DNA from: a virus
Lineage: Duplodnaviria; Caudoviricetes
Reading direction: 5' to 3' (one strand)
IMG/VR virus record: IMGVR_UViG_3300034093_003590
Location: 1-27,560 of that record
Length of the DNA stretch: 27,560 bases
The translations under genes and the position numbers were made by a program. Of this stretch, positions 1 to 9,853 are shown in pieces. Under the pieces are notes generated by a model. The model was not told the DNA's origin. It saw only the letters and a program-made list of their open reading frames with translations, and made no database searches. How positions within the stretch are numbered: position 1 is the stretch's first letter; each line of letters begins with the position of its first letter.

Positions 1-936
1 TTTGTATTTATCAATGTCTTTTTTATCATCTTCAATGAAACCGTGTGTGGTTGCAAGTATTTTGTTATCTGCGTAACCTAAACCATTCATATGGTTCTTA
101 TGGATACCCACTTTAGTTCTAATTGCAAAATTAACTTTTCTACCCTTATTAGTTGCAGAAAGTTTAGATACTCCAGAACTCTTTTGATTTCCAAACAAAA
201 ATACTAATGCACATGATAGGTAAATAGAATTACCCCCTTTAGGTGCAATTGTTGGTTGTCCAAATGGATTATCAGGTAATGCTACCCAAGGTTGGTTTAC
301 AAATACCATTGTGTTGGTATGTGGATAACTCTCTTTTCTAGAGGATGTTATTCTTTGTGCCAATCCCATACCCCATTTTTCAGATATTACTCTCGCAGTG
401 TGTTGGTTTCCTCCTTTTCCATCAAAACTCATTTGACAAGGTATTGTACCAATAGAATCCCATAAAAATACTATATCATATGGTATTTCACCGTTCTTTT
501 GAGCATCCAATACTTCGGTAACATAATCAAATGCTTGTTCTATATAATCAAAACCTAATTTATATAGTAAGAATCCGTCCCAATACGCAGAAACTTCTCC
601 TGTTGATTCATCAACTTCTTCAATATACTCAGTTTCTAAACCCATTTGTTTGGCGTGTTCGAAACTAAATTTTTGTTCTGTAATAATGAAAACAGGTAAG
701 ATATTTTTCTTTTGTGCGTCTACCGCAGTTTGTAAAAGTGCAGTTGTTTTTCCAGTGTCAGAATGACCTAGAAGCATATTAATCTGACCCATAGCGGGTC
801 CTGGTAATCCAGTCGCCTTTTGAAAGGCTTCCCCTAGATCGAAGTACCTTTGTTCTTTGTACTTCTCACTAGAGGAAAACTTCTTTCTTATAGACGAAAA
901 ATCAGATGCTTTTTTCTTAAGTGGTTGTTTCGCCAT
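1..936 (-). CDS. uvsX: RecA/UvsX-like recombinase (3' end runs off the window; not in ORF track)
   Basis: ATG at 936 reads MAKQPLKKKASDFSSIRKKF...GLPGPAMGQINMLLGHSDTGKTTALLQTAVDAQKK (Walker A GHSDTGKT), FIITEQK, Walker B-like IVFLWDSIG, later VFVNQPW and PKGGNSIYLS, as in RecA-family proteins; directly downstream of the SSB gene. Confidence 0.9.
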   Translation of the reverse strand, partial: MAKQPLKKKASDFSSIRKKFSSSEKYKEQRYFDLGEAFQKATGLPGPAMGQINMLLGHSDTGKTTALLQTAVDAQKKNILPVFIITEQKFSFEHAKQMGLETEYIEEVDESTGEVSAYWDGFLLYKLGFDYIEQAFDYVTEVLDAQKNGEIPYDIVFLWDSIGTIPCQMSFDGKGGNQHTARVISEKWGMGLAQRITSSRKESYPHTNTMVFVNQPWVALPDNPFGQPTIAPKGGNSIYLSCALVFLFGNQKSSGVSKLSATNKGRKVNFAIRTKVGIHKNHMNGLGYADNKILATTHGFIEDDKKDIDKYK

Positions 937-944
937 AATATATA

Positions 945-1847
945 TTAAAACGGTAATTCATCATCATCACCATCTAAAGACGTTGATTCAACATCAAAAG
1001 AATCTGTTTCATCATCACTGAAGTCCTGTTCAAAGGATTTTGTTGTTTCAGTTCTCATAAAATTAATTTCTTCTGTTAAAGACGCAGTTTCTTTTTCTTC
1101 TTTGTCTTCTTCAGCAACAAACTTCTTCTGTTCTGAATCCCAAATAGGTGTTTTGTTAGTTGCGACAATATCTAAGTATTCTTGTGTCTTTTTAGAATAA
1201 ACATCTCTATGTGTTTCATCATTATTAAACCAATCATTAGCCTTTTCTTTGTCTTTAGTTAGGATAGATGAATCATCTGCCATAATAGAATTAACAACAC
1301 TAAAATTTTTGTCGTTTCTACCTGTAGTGATGATAATATCTCTACCTTCTCTAGGATCAGTAATATCACCTTTTACTTTAAATAAAGGAATGATTTTATC
1401 CATAATACCGTCACCAGTATATTTGTGTTTAAATCTCCAAAATTTAACTCCGTGATCTTCATTCTCTCTGTCGATACCTTTAACTACATAGAATTTTCTA
1501 GGTATGAAGTCTTTCGCTAATTTCTTAGCCTTTTCTGAACCATCTTCATATAAGGCATCTTTAGCCTCACATAGTGGACAGTGTTCACCATCGTTTAAAT
1601 GGTTACAATAAATTTTATCCCAATTACCATTAACTAATTTTTCGTGATAGTAAACCTCCGTGAATGGAGAACTACCGTCTTTCTTAGGTAAGATTCGGAA
1701 TGTTTTTGTGTGGGATTTTACCCCTTTAGGTAGTTTCTCACTGAAGTACTTTTTCAGTCGGTCTTCGTTAGAGAGTTTTTTACCACTTTTCGCTGGCTCA
1801 GTGTTTTTTTCGTACTGAGACAGAATTGCATCTAAAGTATTACTCAT
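945..1847 (-). CDS. T4 gp32-like single-stranded DNA-binding protein
   Basis: FRILP, Zn-binding-like H...C-x8-CPLC, RKFYVVKGIDR, DITDPREGRDIII, acidic C-terminal tail ending DDDELPF; next to recombinase. Confidence 0.85.
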   Translation of the reverse strand: MSNTLDAILSQYEKNTEPAKSGKKLSNEDRLKKYFSEKLPKGVKSHTKTFRILPKKDGSSPFTEVYYHEKLVNGNWDKIYCNHLNDGEHCPLCEAKDALYEDGSEKAKKLAKDFIPRKFYVVKGIDRENEDHGVKFWRFKHKYTGDGIMDKIIPLFKVKGDITDPREGRDIIITTGRNDKNFSVVNSIMADDSSILTKDKEKANDWFNNDETHRDVYSKKTQEYLDIVATNKTPIWDSEQKKFVAEEDKEEKETASLTEEINFMRTETTKSFEQDFSDDETDSFDVESTSLDGDDDELPF

Positions 1848-1873
1848 TGTATAAAAATTTTAAATTATATACA

Positions 1874-1902
1874 ATTATACTAACGAAATATCAAAAAGTC
1901 AA
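1874..1902 (-). promoter_or_regulatory. host-sigma-type (early/middle) promoter for ssb-uvsX
   Basis: Minus strand TTGACT-N17-TATAAT(TG), 26 nt upstream of the SSB ATG. Confidence 0.75.
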
Positions 1903-1917
1903 TAAAAAACGGGGTTT

Positions 1918-2649
1918 TTAGTCATTTTCTTCTGTTTTACTAAATGAAAAAGATTTTCTTATGTCCTTTTCATTATAGTTGTCAACATCGCTTTGTTTAA
2001 GAACAAATTCTTCTTCTTCCTCTGTTGGTTCGTATCCTTCTTTATCTTTCCAAAAATCAGTTAACTTAATACTATAAGGGAACGAATCCATAGATCTCAT
2101 TTCTAATCTTTCGACAGGTGTTGGATTTCTTTTCTCAATTTCCCTTTCCAAATCATCAATTTTATTGATTACATTGTCCATACCAGAAACTTGATTTTCT
2201 AAATCAGATAATTTAGTCAACAGTTCATCCATTTTAGTACTCATACCTTCTACAGAAGATTTAGTTTCTTCGGTTTTATCAACAATATCTGTCACATCTA
2301 TTTCAACAGAACTATCATCAGTTCCAGTACTAGTCTCAGGAGTCTCAGCAGCAGGTTCATCCGCATCTACATCTTCTACTTCCGCATCATCCGCCAATGG
2401 ATCAGTTTCAGTTTTCTCCGCACCAGCCTCAGGTGCAGTTTCCGCTCCTGCTTCTGGGGCAGTTTCATCACCACCTACTGACATAAATGGGTCGTCACCA
2501 GCATCACCTGCAGGATCTTGTTCAGTAATGTATTGATCATCTGTAAGTAGATTACCATTTTCATCTTTTTCATTTTCAGGTACATAAAATGTGTACTCTA
2601 ATAATTGTCTATATCTTTTTAATTCCTCGGAAAGTACTTTTTTGTTCAT
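1918..2649 (-). CDS. acidic low-complexity/coiled-coil protein, possible head core/scaffold-like or internal virion protein
   Basis: 243 aa; leader MNKKVLSEELKRYRQLLE; D/E/A/P-rich linker with ETAPEAGA x2; heptad-like segment KMDELLTKLSDLENQVSGMDNVINKIDDLEREIEK; function is inference. Confidence 0.6.
   Translation of the reverse strand: MNKKVLSEELKRYRQLLEYTFYVPENEKDENGNLLTDDQYITEQDPAGDAGDDPFMSVGGDETAPEAGAETAPEAGAEKTETDPLADDAEVEDVDADEPAAETPETSTGTDDSSVEIDVTDIVDKTEETKSSVEGMSTKMDELLTKLSDLENQVSGMDNVINKIDDLEREIEKRNPTPVERLEMRSMDSFPYSIKLTDFWKDKEGYEPTEEEEEFVLKQSDVDNYNEKDIRKSFSFSKTEEND
2419..2466 (-). repeat. 2 x 24-nt in-frame tandem repeat encoding ETAPEAGA
   Basis: GAAACTGCCCCAGAAGCAGGAGCG / GAAACTGCACCTGAGGCTGGTGCG: identical peptide, five synonymous differences. 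Confidence 0.85.
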
Positions 2650-2650
2650 A

Positions 2651-2839
2651 TTACATTAATAGTTGTCTGCCGTCATTAGTTTTATATATCTTATTCACTC
2701 TTTCCACTATTTCTTTTCCATCGTTAATAAGACATTCTTCACCAACACACTCTTCATTTTTGGTGGTATTATCGTTTAAAAAATCATTAAGTGATTTTTC
2801 TAAATTTTCGTTTTTTTTAGTATCTCTATTTGTTTCCAT
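2651..2839 (-). CDS. small hypothetical phage protein (62 aa)
   Basis: ATG 12 nt downstream of an AATATTTATAT motif; stop abuts next start (1-nt gap). Confidence 0.75.
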   Translation of the reverse strand: METNRDTKKNENLEKSLNDFLNDNTTKNEECVGEECLINDGKEIVERVNKIYKTNDGRQLLM

Positions 2840-2851
2840 AATACTTTTATT

Positions 2852-2862
2852 ATATAAATATT
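2852..2862 (-). promoter_or_regulatory. putative phage late promoter AATATTTATAT
   Basis: One of six identical intergenic copies, each just upstream of a minus-strand ATG. Confidence 0.7.
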
Positions 2863-2868
2863 ATGATA

Positions 2869-3291
2869 TTAGGAAAAATGTTTATTTATGTCGATAATTT
2901 TTAATTCATCGTTTTTTACGATTATCATTTTATTTTGATATTCGTCCCAATTTATTTTTACATTTTTATAGTCTATGTTACCAACTTCGTGTTCACTGAT
3001 TTTCTCTATTAATTTATTTAATGCATTAATAGTATAAAAACACTCACCTTTTTTATGAACAATTATTGTTGATGGGAAGAATGAAGAGGTTTCTACTTTT
3101 TGACCTTCTTCAACTTTAACTAAAAAAGTTAAAATTTTTTTATTAACTTCTTCAAAATTATATTGAAATATGTTTTTTTCTTTTATTCCAAATCTTTTAT
3201 ATAAATAATTCTTAAAACTTTCTATTTTATCTTGATATACAAAAGATGCTAATGTTATATTTTTACCGCTCGATTCCATTTCCATTTCCAT
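2869..3291 (-). CDS. hypothetical phage protein (~140 aa)
   Basis: Contains TIIVHKKGECFYTINALNKLI and INWDEYQNKMII, a pattern I recall from uncultured large-phage proteins; ATG start at 3291 (or 3285/3279) preferred over the TTG at 3306. Confidence 0.75.
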   Translation of the reverse strand: MEMEMESSGKNITLASFVYQDKIESFKNYLYKRFGIKEKNIFQYNFEEVNKKILTFLVKVEEGQKVETSSFFPSTIIVHKKGECFYTINALNKLIEKISEHEVGNIDYKNVKINWDEYQNKMIIVKNDELKIIDINKHFS

Positions 3292-3871
3292 AAATGTAAG
3301 GGACAAATCTGTTTTTATTTTTTAATTTATATATTAAATCCCTACATTTATTAAATATCGTATAATCTATCAAAGTATTACCATTTAATCTTTTTATCCT
3401 TTCGACAATTTTTTCTTTTTTACCTTGAAAATAATTTAAAACATTTAAATCTACCCCAAATATTATATTTTCACCATATATGTATACCATATCGTTTTCA
3501 GAAAAATAAACAATTGGTGATTTAAGTGATAATATTTTTTTTATTATCCTGTAATTTATTTTTCTACTATTATAAAGGATATCTAAATAGACATATGGTA
3601 TATTACTACCGAAAGATTCAAAACAATATTCTTTAAATTGTTCAATATCACTTTCAAATTCAGATTTTCTTTCTGTTTTATCAAAAGTCCAAAATAACTT
3701 ATTACTTACTTTTTTATGTATTATGGAAATACCTTCTCCCAATAGTTCTTTAGATAATTTCCTACCAATTATCAATGTGGGTAACTCTTCATTAATACAT
3801 TCTAAACTTTCACAAATTTTAAAATTTTCAATTTCAATTTTTGTCTTTGAAATAATATTCCCTATATCCAT
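3263..3871 (-). CDS. hypothetical phage protein (202 aa)
   Basis: Long ORF with own upstream promoter-like element; IGNIIS...LPTLIIG motifs; overlaps next gene. Confidence 0.75.
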   Translation of the reverse strand: MDIGNIISKTKIEIENFKICESLECINEELPTLIIGRKLSKELLGEGISIIHKKVSNKLFWTFDKTERKSEFESDIEQFKEYCFESFGSNIPYVYLDILYNSRKINYRIIKKILSLKSPIVYFSENDMVYIYGENIIFGVDLNVLNYFQGKKEKIVERIKRLNGNTLIDYTIFNKCRDLIYKLKNKNRFVPYIYGNGNGIER

Positions 3872-3875
3872 ATTA

Positions 3876-3906
3876 CAAATATAGTGATTTTTTTTTAAAA
3901 AGTTAA
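3876..3906 (-). promoter_or_regulatory. host-sigma-type promoter (Bacteroidota-like TAnnTTTG)
   Basis: Minus strand TTAACT-N17-TATATTTG, 4 nt before ATG 3871; same architecture as 1874-1902 and 13555-13585. Confidence 0.6.
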
Positions 3907-3909
3907 GTT

Positions 3910-6900
3910 TTAGGCTGGTTTAAAGTAATCTATTAGTGGTTGTTTATCTTTGCCAACAAAAATTGTGAGTACATTTTGGAATGTATCTATTGATTTATCT
4001 ATTAATGGTGGTTTATACTGTAATGTAATATCTAAACATTTTTTATATGTCGACAATGTACCATTACCTTTTTGGGATGTATAAAAATATGGAGGATTAC
4101 TCCCATTTCCTTTATAGTTTTTCCATTGGGCGATTGATCCTTGTATCGCACCATTGACTGTTTTAGATATTTCGTAAGGACTTATTATTGCAACTTCACC
4201 ACTTTTATTAAACGCATCATATATTTCATAATATTGTTTCCTACCAATTATATAAAGGAAACCTCTTGGTCTAAATCTGTATGCATCTCCTTCAAAAATA
4301 TTATAGTATTTGGTGGTTGTCAGTTGTTCAGAATCTAATTTTTCTAATTTTTTCAATTCAGATTCCAATTTTTCAATCTGAACCTTATCTGTAACATTAT
4401 TTTTGTCTAATGACTGTAATTCTTTATTAATTTCTTTTTTTCTACGTTCAATATTATTGTTTGTCTGATATTCGTTTAACATTTCTTGTGGAGTACCTGG
4501 AAGTTCGTATGCCTTATTTTCGGATGAACCACTAGTTGTTGTAGGTGTTGATGCCAATATACCTTTACCAGGGATACTATTATAATATCTAGTTTGTCCC
4601 GATGCAATTGGGTCACTATCAGGAAATCTAACCACGTGTTCTTCTTTTTTAGGATCATCCCATGGCATTTCTAAATTAATAAAATTTTCTGAGTTTGATA
4701 ACATTGCCGATAATAACATTGTCACTTGTGTATTAGTAATAATATTATTATCTTTAAATTCTTGAGTTAGTGAACCGATTAAAGAAGTTAATTCTGTGTC
4801 CGTATATTTTGTTACACCTAAATTTCTGAAATTACTTAAACCTGATGCCCCACCAAAATTAGTTTCAAAGTCAAATAAATCGTCAGGTGTAATATCTTCC
4901 CTAACACCAACACCAGATATCGTAGTTAAATTAGTAAATTCTATTTTAGGAACATCACTAATCTCATTCAAATCAATATCTAAATCTGCAGTTATTTCTT
5001 TTGTCGGTGGTGATATGAATTTAGATTGTCTAACACCCTCAAAATTTGTGGTCATTTGATTTGGTGTAATGTTGTGACTTACACTAGTTATAAGATATGC
5101 ACCGTTAAAAAATGGTACATTCTGTAAATCAAAATACATTAATGGTTGTATATTCATACATCCTAAAGAGTCTATTTTACATGTGTAAGATCTAGTTTTA
5201 AATAACCTTAATAAATCCGTACCAACATAAGTTTTCTGCGTTCCACCTCTTTTATCAACTAAATCTGATAAGGCTTTAAAATATTCACCTGTTTCTCTAT
5301 GTTCTTGTTGACTAAGTGAGACATTTTTAAATATTGTTTGATTTTGTGCACCAAAAGCCACTCTAAAAGCCACTAAAGAACTATCACCGTTTTCCAACAT
5401 ATCTGGCGGTAATTTACCATCCTTAAAACTGTATCCATCATTAGCAAAAAGGTTATTATTCCTTTCTTTTATATCTAAAACTTCTGAAGCACCACCTATA
5501 TAGATACAACAAAATATTGGTCCTGTAGATTCATTATCCTCTAAAATAGTTTGTGGTTTAAATATTTTAGCAACCTCAGTCCTACTTTTATAATTTATGT
5601 ATGTCGGTAAAATCTGAAATAAGAAATTACTATCTCTTAATAATTTAGACATAAAAAAGTATACACTAGTATCTAAATTACTACCTAAAGTTAAAAAACT
5701 TTTAAGATTAAAAGTCGCTTCTCCTCCGATATCTCTCCAACCTCTATCAATAAATTTAAAATATTCAATTAAAAACTTACTATCTGATCCACCACAAATA
5801 TTAAACGATTTTTTATCTGAACCAACCCATTTACTATTTATGTTTTTAAAATAGTTATATAATTGTAATTTTATTTTTGATGTGCTTTTATTTTCACTTT
5901 GTTTAACTTGTTCTGCGTCGTTGTTTGCACCTTTTTCATTCCCAAGTTCTTCTTTTTTGAATGTGTCTTTGAAATTTTTTATATATGATTTAAGATCTGA
6001 ATTTTTTATTTTTAACCCTAACTTTTCATACTTATCGTTAAAAATATTAGGATTTAATATAATCATATTAGTTGTGTCTTTAAGTGTGTTAAGTACAGAA
6101 CTTTTTGCAGTACCTATGTCATTGGTACTTGCATTTACCACATTTAAAGATGATACATATGTAGATATATTTTTTTCAAATAATCCATTAAATGTGTTAT
6201 TAAAATTTTGATTATCTACCCAATTTTTAAATAAACTTATTAATTTGTTTTTAGTCGATATTGGTAATGCCTTTAAATTTTCTTCTATAGATTTTTTATT
6301 ACTATTATACCCAATTTTAGATAAATATTCGTCTTTTGGTGTTGAGAATTCTGAGTAATCCTTACCATTAATATTAACAAATTTTAAGGGATCTATTGAT
6401 TCTTCATATCTCCACAATATACTACCAATAAAATAGATATATAATTTTGGTATATTAACTATTCTAGCACCGTTAAAGATATTACCTTTAAATACTGAAC
6501 TTAAAAACCCTTCTTTAAAATCTCTGAATGGGAATGTAGATAATAAAAGGTATGCCCTACTATAATTACTTTGTTGATTTTTATATAAGTCACTTTCTGT
6601 AATCAAATCCTCAAACGCTATCGCAGTTTTACTTTTAAAATTACTTATATTTATATATTTACTATTATATGTACCTCCAGATGGGTTGAAATCATCTATT
6701 TTTGTATTAGATAGATTACCTAAAATTTCATCCTTACTAGATTTTAAAATATTTTTACATACGTCAACGTCCCAAACATTGAAAGAATTGTAAGTTGTAA
6801 GATTGTTTGATGACGCATAAAAGTTTTTATAGAATAAAGGTCCTTTTTCGACAACATTAATTGCGTTACCCGCATTTGGATCCGTTAATGCACCGTATAA

Positions 6901-9516
6901 TGCATCTTCTTTTATTTCTTTTATTAATTTTTTAGAGTTATTAATTATATCATTTTCATCGAATAATACATATTCAGCGTTTGAGTTATAAGTACCACTT
7001 ATATTAAAACCATCTATTTTTGGCAAAGTTACGTCTTCCTTAAGTATTAAATCCCCATTATTATTTATCACATTATTTACAAAATAATTAGTGGTTTCAT
7101 AGACACTACTGTTTCTATCCATTTCATCCAATAAATTTGCAATAATTTCTCTAACGTTTTTAGAGTATATTGTCTTATTAGCGGCAATTGCCTCTAACTT
7201 AGAATAATCATCTATTGAACTTAGTCCAGTTGTTTTATTAAAAAGTGAATAATTATCTAATATTATTGACCTAATCACAAATTGTTGGGTTAATTCTTCT
7301 TTAATTGTGTCAATATCATTTAAAGTGTTTATCTTTAACCAAGGGTTTGTTTTATAATCTATAGGATTTATTGGAAACCAATTGTCGGTATCTAATCCAT
7401 TTTTTAAAACAGTTGACTTTGTAACCTCCTCTAAAGTTTTTCTTTTTGAAACTAAAATATCAAATACCTCCTCAGTAAATTTCCATTCAGGAAAATCATT
7501 AGGGTTAATTCCTGTTACATCACCGATATATATCTCTTCTAACCCACCATCAGTATTTTTTTGGTATACTGAAGGCCAAGCCGCACTATTTACACCTGTT
7601 GGTATGTCTGTATCATAACTACTTAAAATAGATTTTCTACTAGTTACCTTACTTTTTTGTTCCGATTCAAAACTTATATCATATATAGTTTCTACCATTG
7701 CCTGAGTATTGTTGGCAAGAATCTCAAAACAATTATTTACTGTTGGTTTAAATCCAAACTTCTTTTTGAAGTTATCTAAAATTTGTTTATTAATTTCTGT
7801 TTGAACGACTTCTCTTTGTTCTTTTATAATCTCTTCTAATTCTATAATTGAATATTCAACTAGTTCTCTTTGTTTTCTGAAATCAGCAACTAAAACTTGT
7901 GTATTACCACTCATAGTTTTAGAGTAGAAGGTCCCATCATTTTTTAATTTTTTAAATAAATCAATATTAAAAAAATTGTTTTTACCTGAAGTATCTCCAT
8001 CGTAACTATTAATTAGGAATAAATTATTTGTACCACCACTAAAATAAAATAAATCTAAAATATCTTCATATCTTTTAGAAACAACTTTATTATCAATACT
8101 TTTAGTTGGTGATACTATGTAATCCTCCCAAGCATTTTCTGAAGTTATATTGAAAAAGGACTTTATTAATTCTTCATCCTTTGAATTCATTTTGTTTTCT
8201 ACACCAGATACTTTTTGTATTTTTTTTATATATGTCTCTTTTGCTTCTGAGACAGTATTCGTTGGTTTATATTCTATTCTTTTGTCTGACGCCAAATATT
8301 CTTGATATTTTTTTATTATATCACTTAGGGTATAAATATAAGATTTAAATGCAGAACGATTGACTGAGTTAAAAACTATATAATCTCTTATAGAAAAATA
8401 ATTATTTTTATTTTTTAATTCATCATCATTTATTGTGGTTGTTTCAATAACATCTTTTCTATTTTCTAATTGTATAAAAGGTTTAGAATCTGTTACGTTT
8501 GTTTCCGTACTACCATTATAATTATTGTTACTTTCTTTTGGTAGGCTACCACCGATGAATGACTTCAAAGTTTTTAAAATATTTAATTTACCATTTAAAT
8601 CTTTTAGAAATTGAAAACTATTTGAGTCTGTTTTTATGACTTCGGTTTCTATTTGAAGTTTACCTATCTTTGTCATAAAATCATCGATTTTTCTTATATT
8701 TAAACTATCTTCAGAATTTGAAGATGTCAATTCTTGAACAAATCCACCAGTTGGTTGTGCAATCCTATCATTAAAAATTCTATTCAAATTTGCAAACCCT
8801 CTTTCTGTATTGACAACACCTATTATGTTACCCATAACCATATCATTTAGGAAAGCCTGTTGGAATCCTAAAAAGTTTGCAGAAATATCAAAATTACCTG
8901 TACTTCCATCAAAGTTTGATGTCCAATTCACCATGTGTAAACAATAATCTACTTTTTGACCAAAATATCCTTTTACTGATAACCTAAACACAGGATAAGG
9001 CATTTTAAAAAATATACTATAAGGCGATAATCTATTATCATCCTCTATTACATCGAATAGTGCACCACCCCTTACATCAGTAAATGTTATATCTACCACA
9101 GGTACTAAACTAGCGTTATATTTAATGTCAATAGATTTAATACCAAAACCTTCTAAAATTCCTGCACTTCTGGTTTCTGAATTATTTAAACCACCTATTT
9201 GGGTCCATTCTGTTGTTGCATAACTTTTTTGAAGTGATGGGTCTAATTTACCATTATTATTATAACTTATTTTAGTCGATATAAAGTTTACTTCATCTTC
9301 AACACCACTGTCAAAAATTATAGGCTTACCCGCTAATGTATTACCACCATATGTAGTTCTACTTCTAGGGTAGGCAGAAAATTTTACATAAATAAATAAA
9401 TCTTCAGGTGGAACTATGTCCATGCCTGGTGGATTCGGATCGACAACGAAAACACTTCCAGTTTTATCGTTACCAATCTTATTAGAGCTTAACTCTTGAA
9501 CATTATTTACATCCAT
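3910..9516 (-). CDS. giant baseplate hub / tail-associated protein with C-terminal degenerate GH19 (lysozyme-like) domain
   Basis: 1868 aa after the wedge gene; hub-like C-terminal beta segment RSYTCKIDSLGCMNIQPLMYFDLQNVPFFNGAYLITSVSHNITPNQMTTNFEGVRQ (gp27/gpD/VgrG-type); GH19-like GDAYRFRPRGFLYIIGRKQY. Confidence 0.65.
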   Translation of the reverse strand: MDVNNVQELSSNKIGNDKTGSVFVVDPNPPGMDIVPPEDLFIYVKFSAYPRSRTTYGGNTLAGKPIIFDSGVEDEVNFISTKISYNNNGKLDPSLQKSYATTEWTQIGGLNNSETRSAGILEGFGIKSIDIKYNASLVPVVDITFTDVRGGALFDVIEDDNRLSPYSIFFKMPYPVFRLSVKGYFGQKVDYCLHMVNWTSNFDGSTGNFDISANFLGFQQAFLNDMVMGNIIGVVNTERGFANLNRIFNDRIAQPTGGFVQELTSSNSEDSLNIRKIDDFMTKIGKLQIETEVIKTDSNSFQFLKDLNGKLNILKTLKSFIGGSLPKESNNNYNGSTETNVTDSKPFIQLENRKDVIETTTINDDELKNKNNYFSIRDYIVFNSVNRSAFKSYIYTLSDIIKKYQEYLASDKRIEYKPTNTVSEAKETYIKKIQKVSGVENKMNSKDEELIKSFFNITSENAWEDYIVSPTKSIDNKVVSKRYEDILDLFYFSGGTNNLFLINSYDGDTSGKNNFFNIDLFKKLKNDGTFYSKTMSGNTQVLVADFRKQRELVEYSIIELEEIIKEQREVVQTEINKQILDNFKKKFGFKPTVNNCFEILANNTQAMVETIYDISFESEQKSKVTSRKSILSSYDTDIPTGVNSAAWPSVYQKNTDGGLEEIYIGDVTGINPNDFPEWKFTEEVFDILVSKRKTLEEVTKSTVLKNGLDTDNWFPINPIDYKTNPWLKINTLNDIDTIKEELTQQFVIRSIILDNYSLFNKTTGLSSIDDYSKLEAIAANKTIYSKNVREIIANLLDEMDRNSSVYETTNYFVNNVINNNGDLILKEDVTLPKIDGFNISGTYNSNAEYVLFDENDIINNSKKLIKEIKEDALYGALTDPNAGNAINVVEKGPLFYKNFYASSNNLTTYNSFNVWDVDVCKNILKSSKDEILGNLSNTKIDDFNPSGGTYNSKYINISNFKSKTAIAFEDLITESDLYKNQQSNYSRAYLLLSTFPFRDFKEGFLSSVFKGNIFNGARIVNIPKLYIYFIGSILWRYEESIDPLKFVNINGKDYSEFSTPKDEYLSKIGYNSNKKSIEENLKALPISTKNKLISLFKNWVDNQNFNNTFNGLFEKNISTYVSSLNVVNASTNDIGTAKSSVLNTLKDTTNMIILNPNIFNDKYEKLGLKIKNSDLKSYIKNFKDTFKKEELGNEKGANNDAEQVKQSENKSTSKIKLQLYNYFKNINSKWVGSDKKSFNICGGSDSKFLIEYFKFIDRGWRDIGGEATFNLKSFLTLGSNLDTSVYFFMSKLLRDSNFLFQILPTYINYKSRTEVAKIFKPQTILEDNESTGPIFCCIYIGGASEVLDIKERNNNLFANDGYSFKDGKLPPDMLENGDSSLVAFRVAFGAQNQTIFKNVSLSQQEHRETGEYFKALSDLVDKRGGTQKTYVGTDLLRLFKTRSYTCKIDSLGCMNIQPLMYFDLQNVPFFNGAYLITSVSHNITPNQMTTNFEGVRQSKFISPPTKEITADLDIDLNEISDVPKIEFTNLTTISGVGVREDITPDDLFDFETNFGGASGLSNFRNLGVTKYTDTELTSLIGSLTQEFKDNNIITNTQVTMLLSAMLSNSENFINLEMPWDDPKKEEHVVRFPDSDPIASGQTRYYNSIPGKGILASTPTTTSGSSENKAYELPGTPQEMLNEYQTNNNIERRKKEINKELQSLDKNNVTDKVQIEKLESELKKLEKLDSEQLTTTKYYNIFEGDAYRFRPRGFLYIIGRKQYYEIYDAFNKSGEVAIISPYEISKTVNGAIQGSIAQWKNYKGNGSNPPYFYTSQKGNGTLSTYKKCLDITLQYKPPLIDKSIDTFQNVLTIFVGKDKQPLIDYFKPA

Positions 9517-9519
9517 AGT

Positions 9520-9849
9520 TTATTGTTTTTGGACATATAATGTCATATATTTATTAACTTGATCAATATATTGTTGTAAACTATCTCTCAAAGGGAATGG
9601 TATTCTAATTATTTCTTTATCAGTAATATTTTCTTCAACACCTCCAAATTGAGGATTCGCCAATAAAATTAACCAACCATGATATGGATTATCATAATAT
9701 TTTTGACTTAATTTATCTAAACGTGTAGTTAAAGTACTATAAACAACTGATTTATCACTACTTTTAGTAGGTAATATGATATAAGGTAATGGTAAATATT
9801 TACCATCAAACTTAAAATTTTGATACCTGTCATAATATTCTTTTCCCAT
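9520..9849 (-). CDS. baseplate wedge protein, gp53/LysM/P2 gpX-like
   Basis: RLDKLSQKYYDNPYHGWLILLANP...IIRIP pattern, 109 aa, between tube initiator and hub. Confidence 0.8.
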   Translation of the reverse strand: MGKEYYDRYQNFKFDGKYLPLPYIILPTKSSDKSVVYSTLTTRLDKLSQKYYDNPYHGWLILLANPQFGGVEENITDKEIIRIPFPLRDSLQQYIDQVNKYMTLYVQKQ

Positions 9850-9853
9850 AGTA

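Noticed and set aside
1903-1920. Terminator AAAAAC-CCC-GTTTTT before ssb, and similar weak hairpin at 16893-16911
   Set aside because: Stems are nearly all A-T and too weak to call
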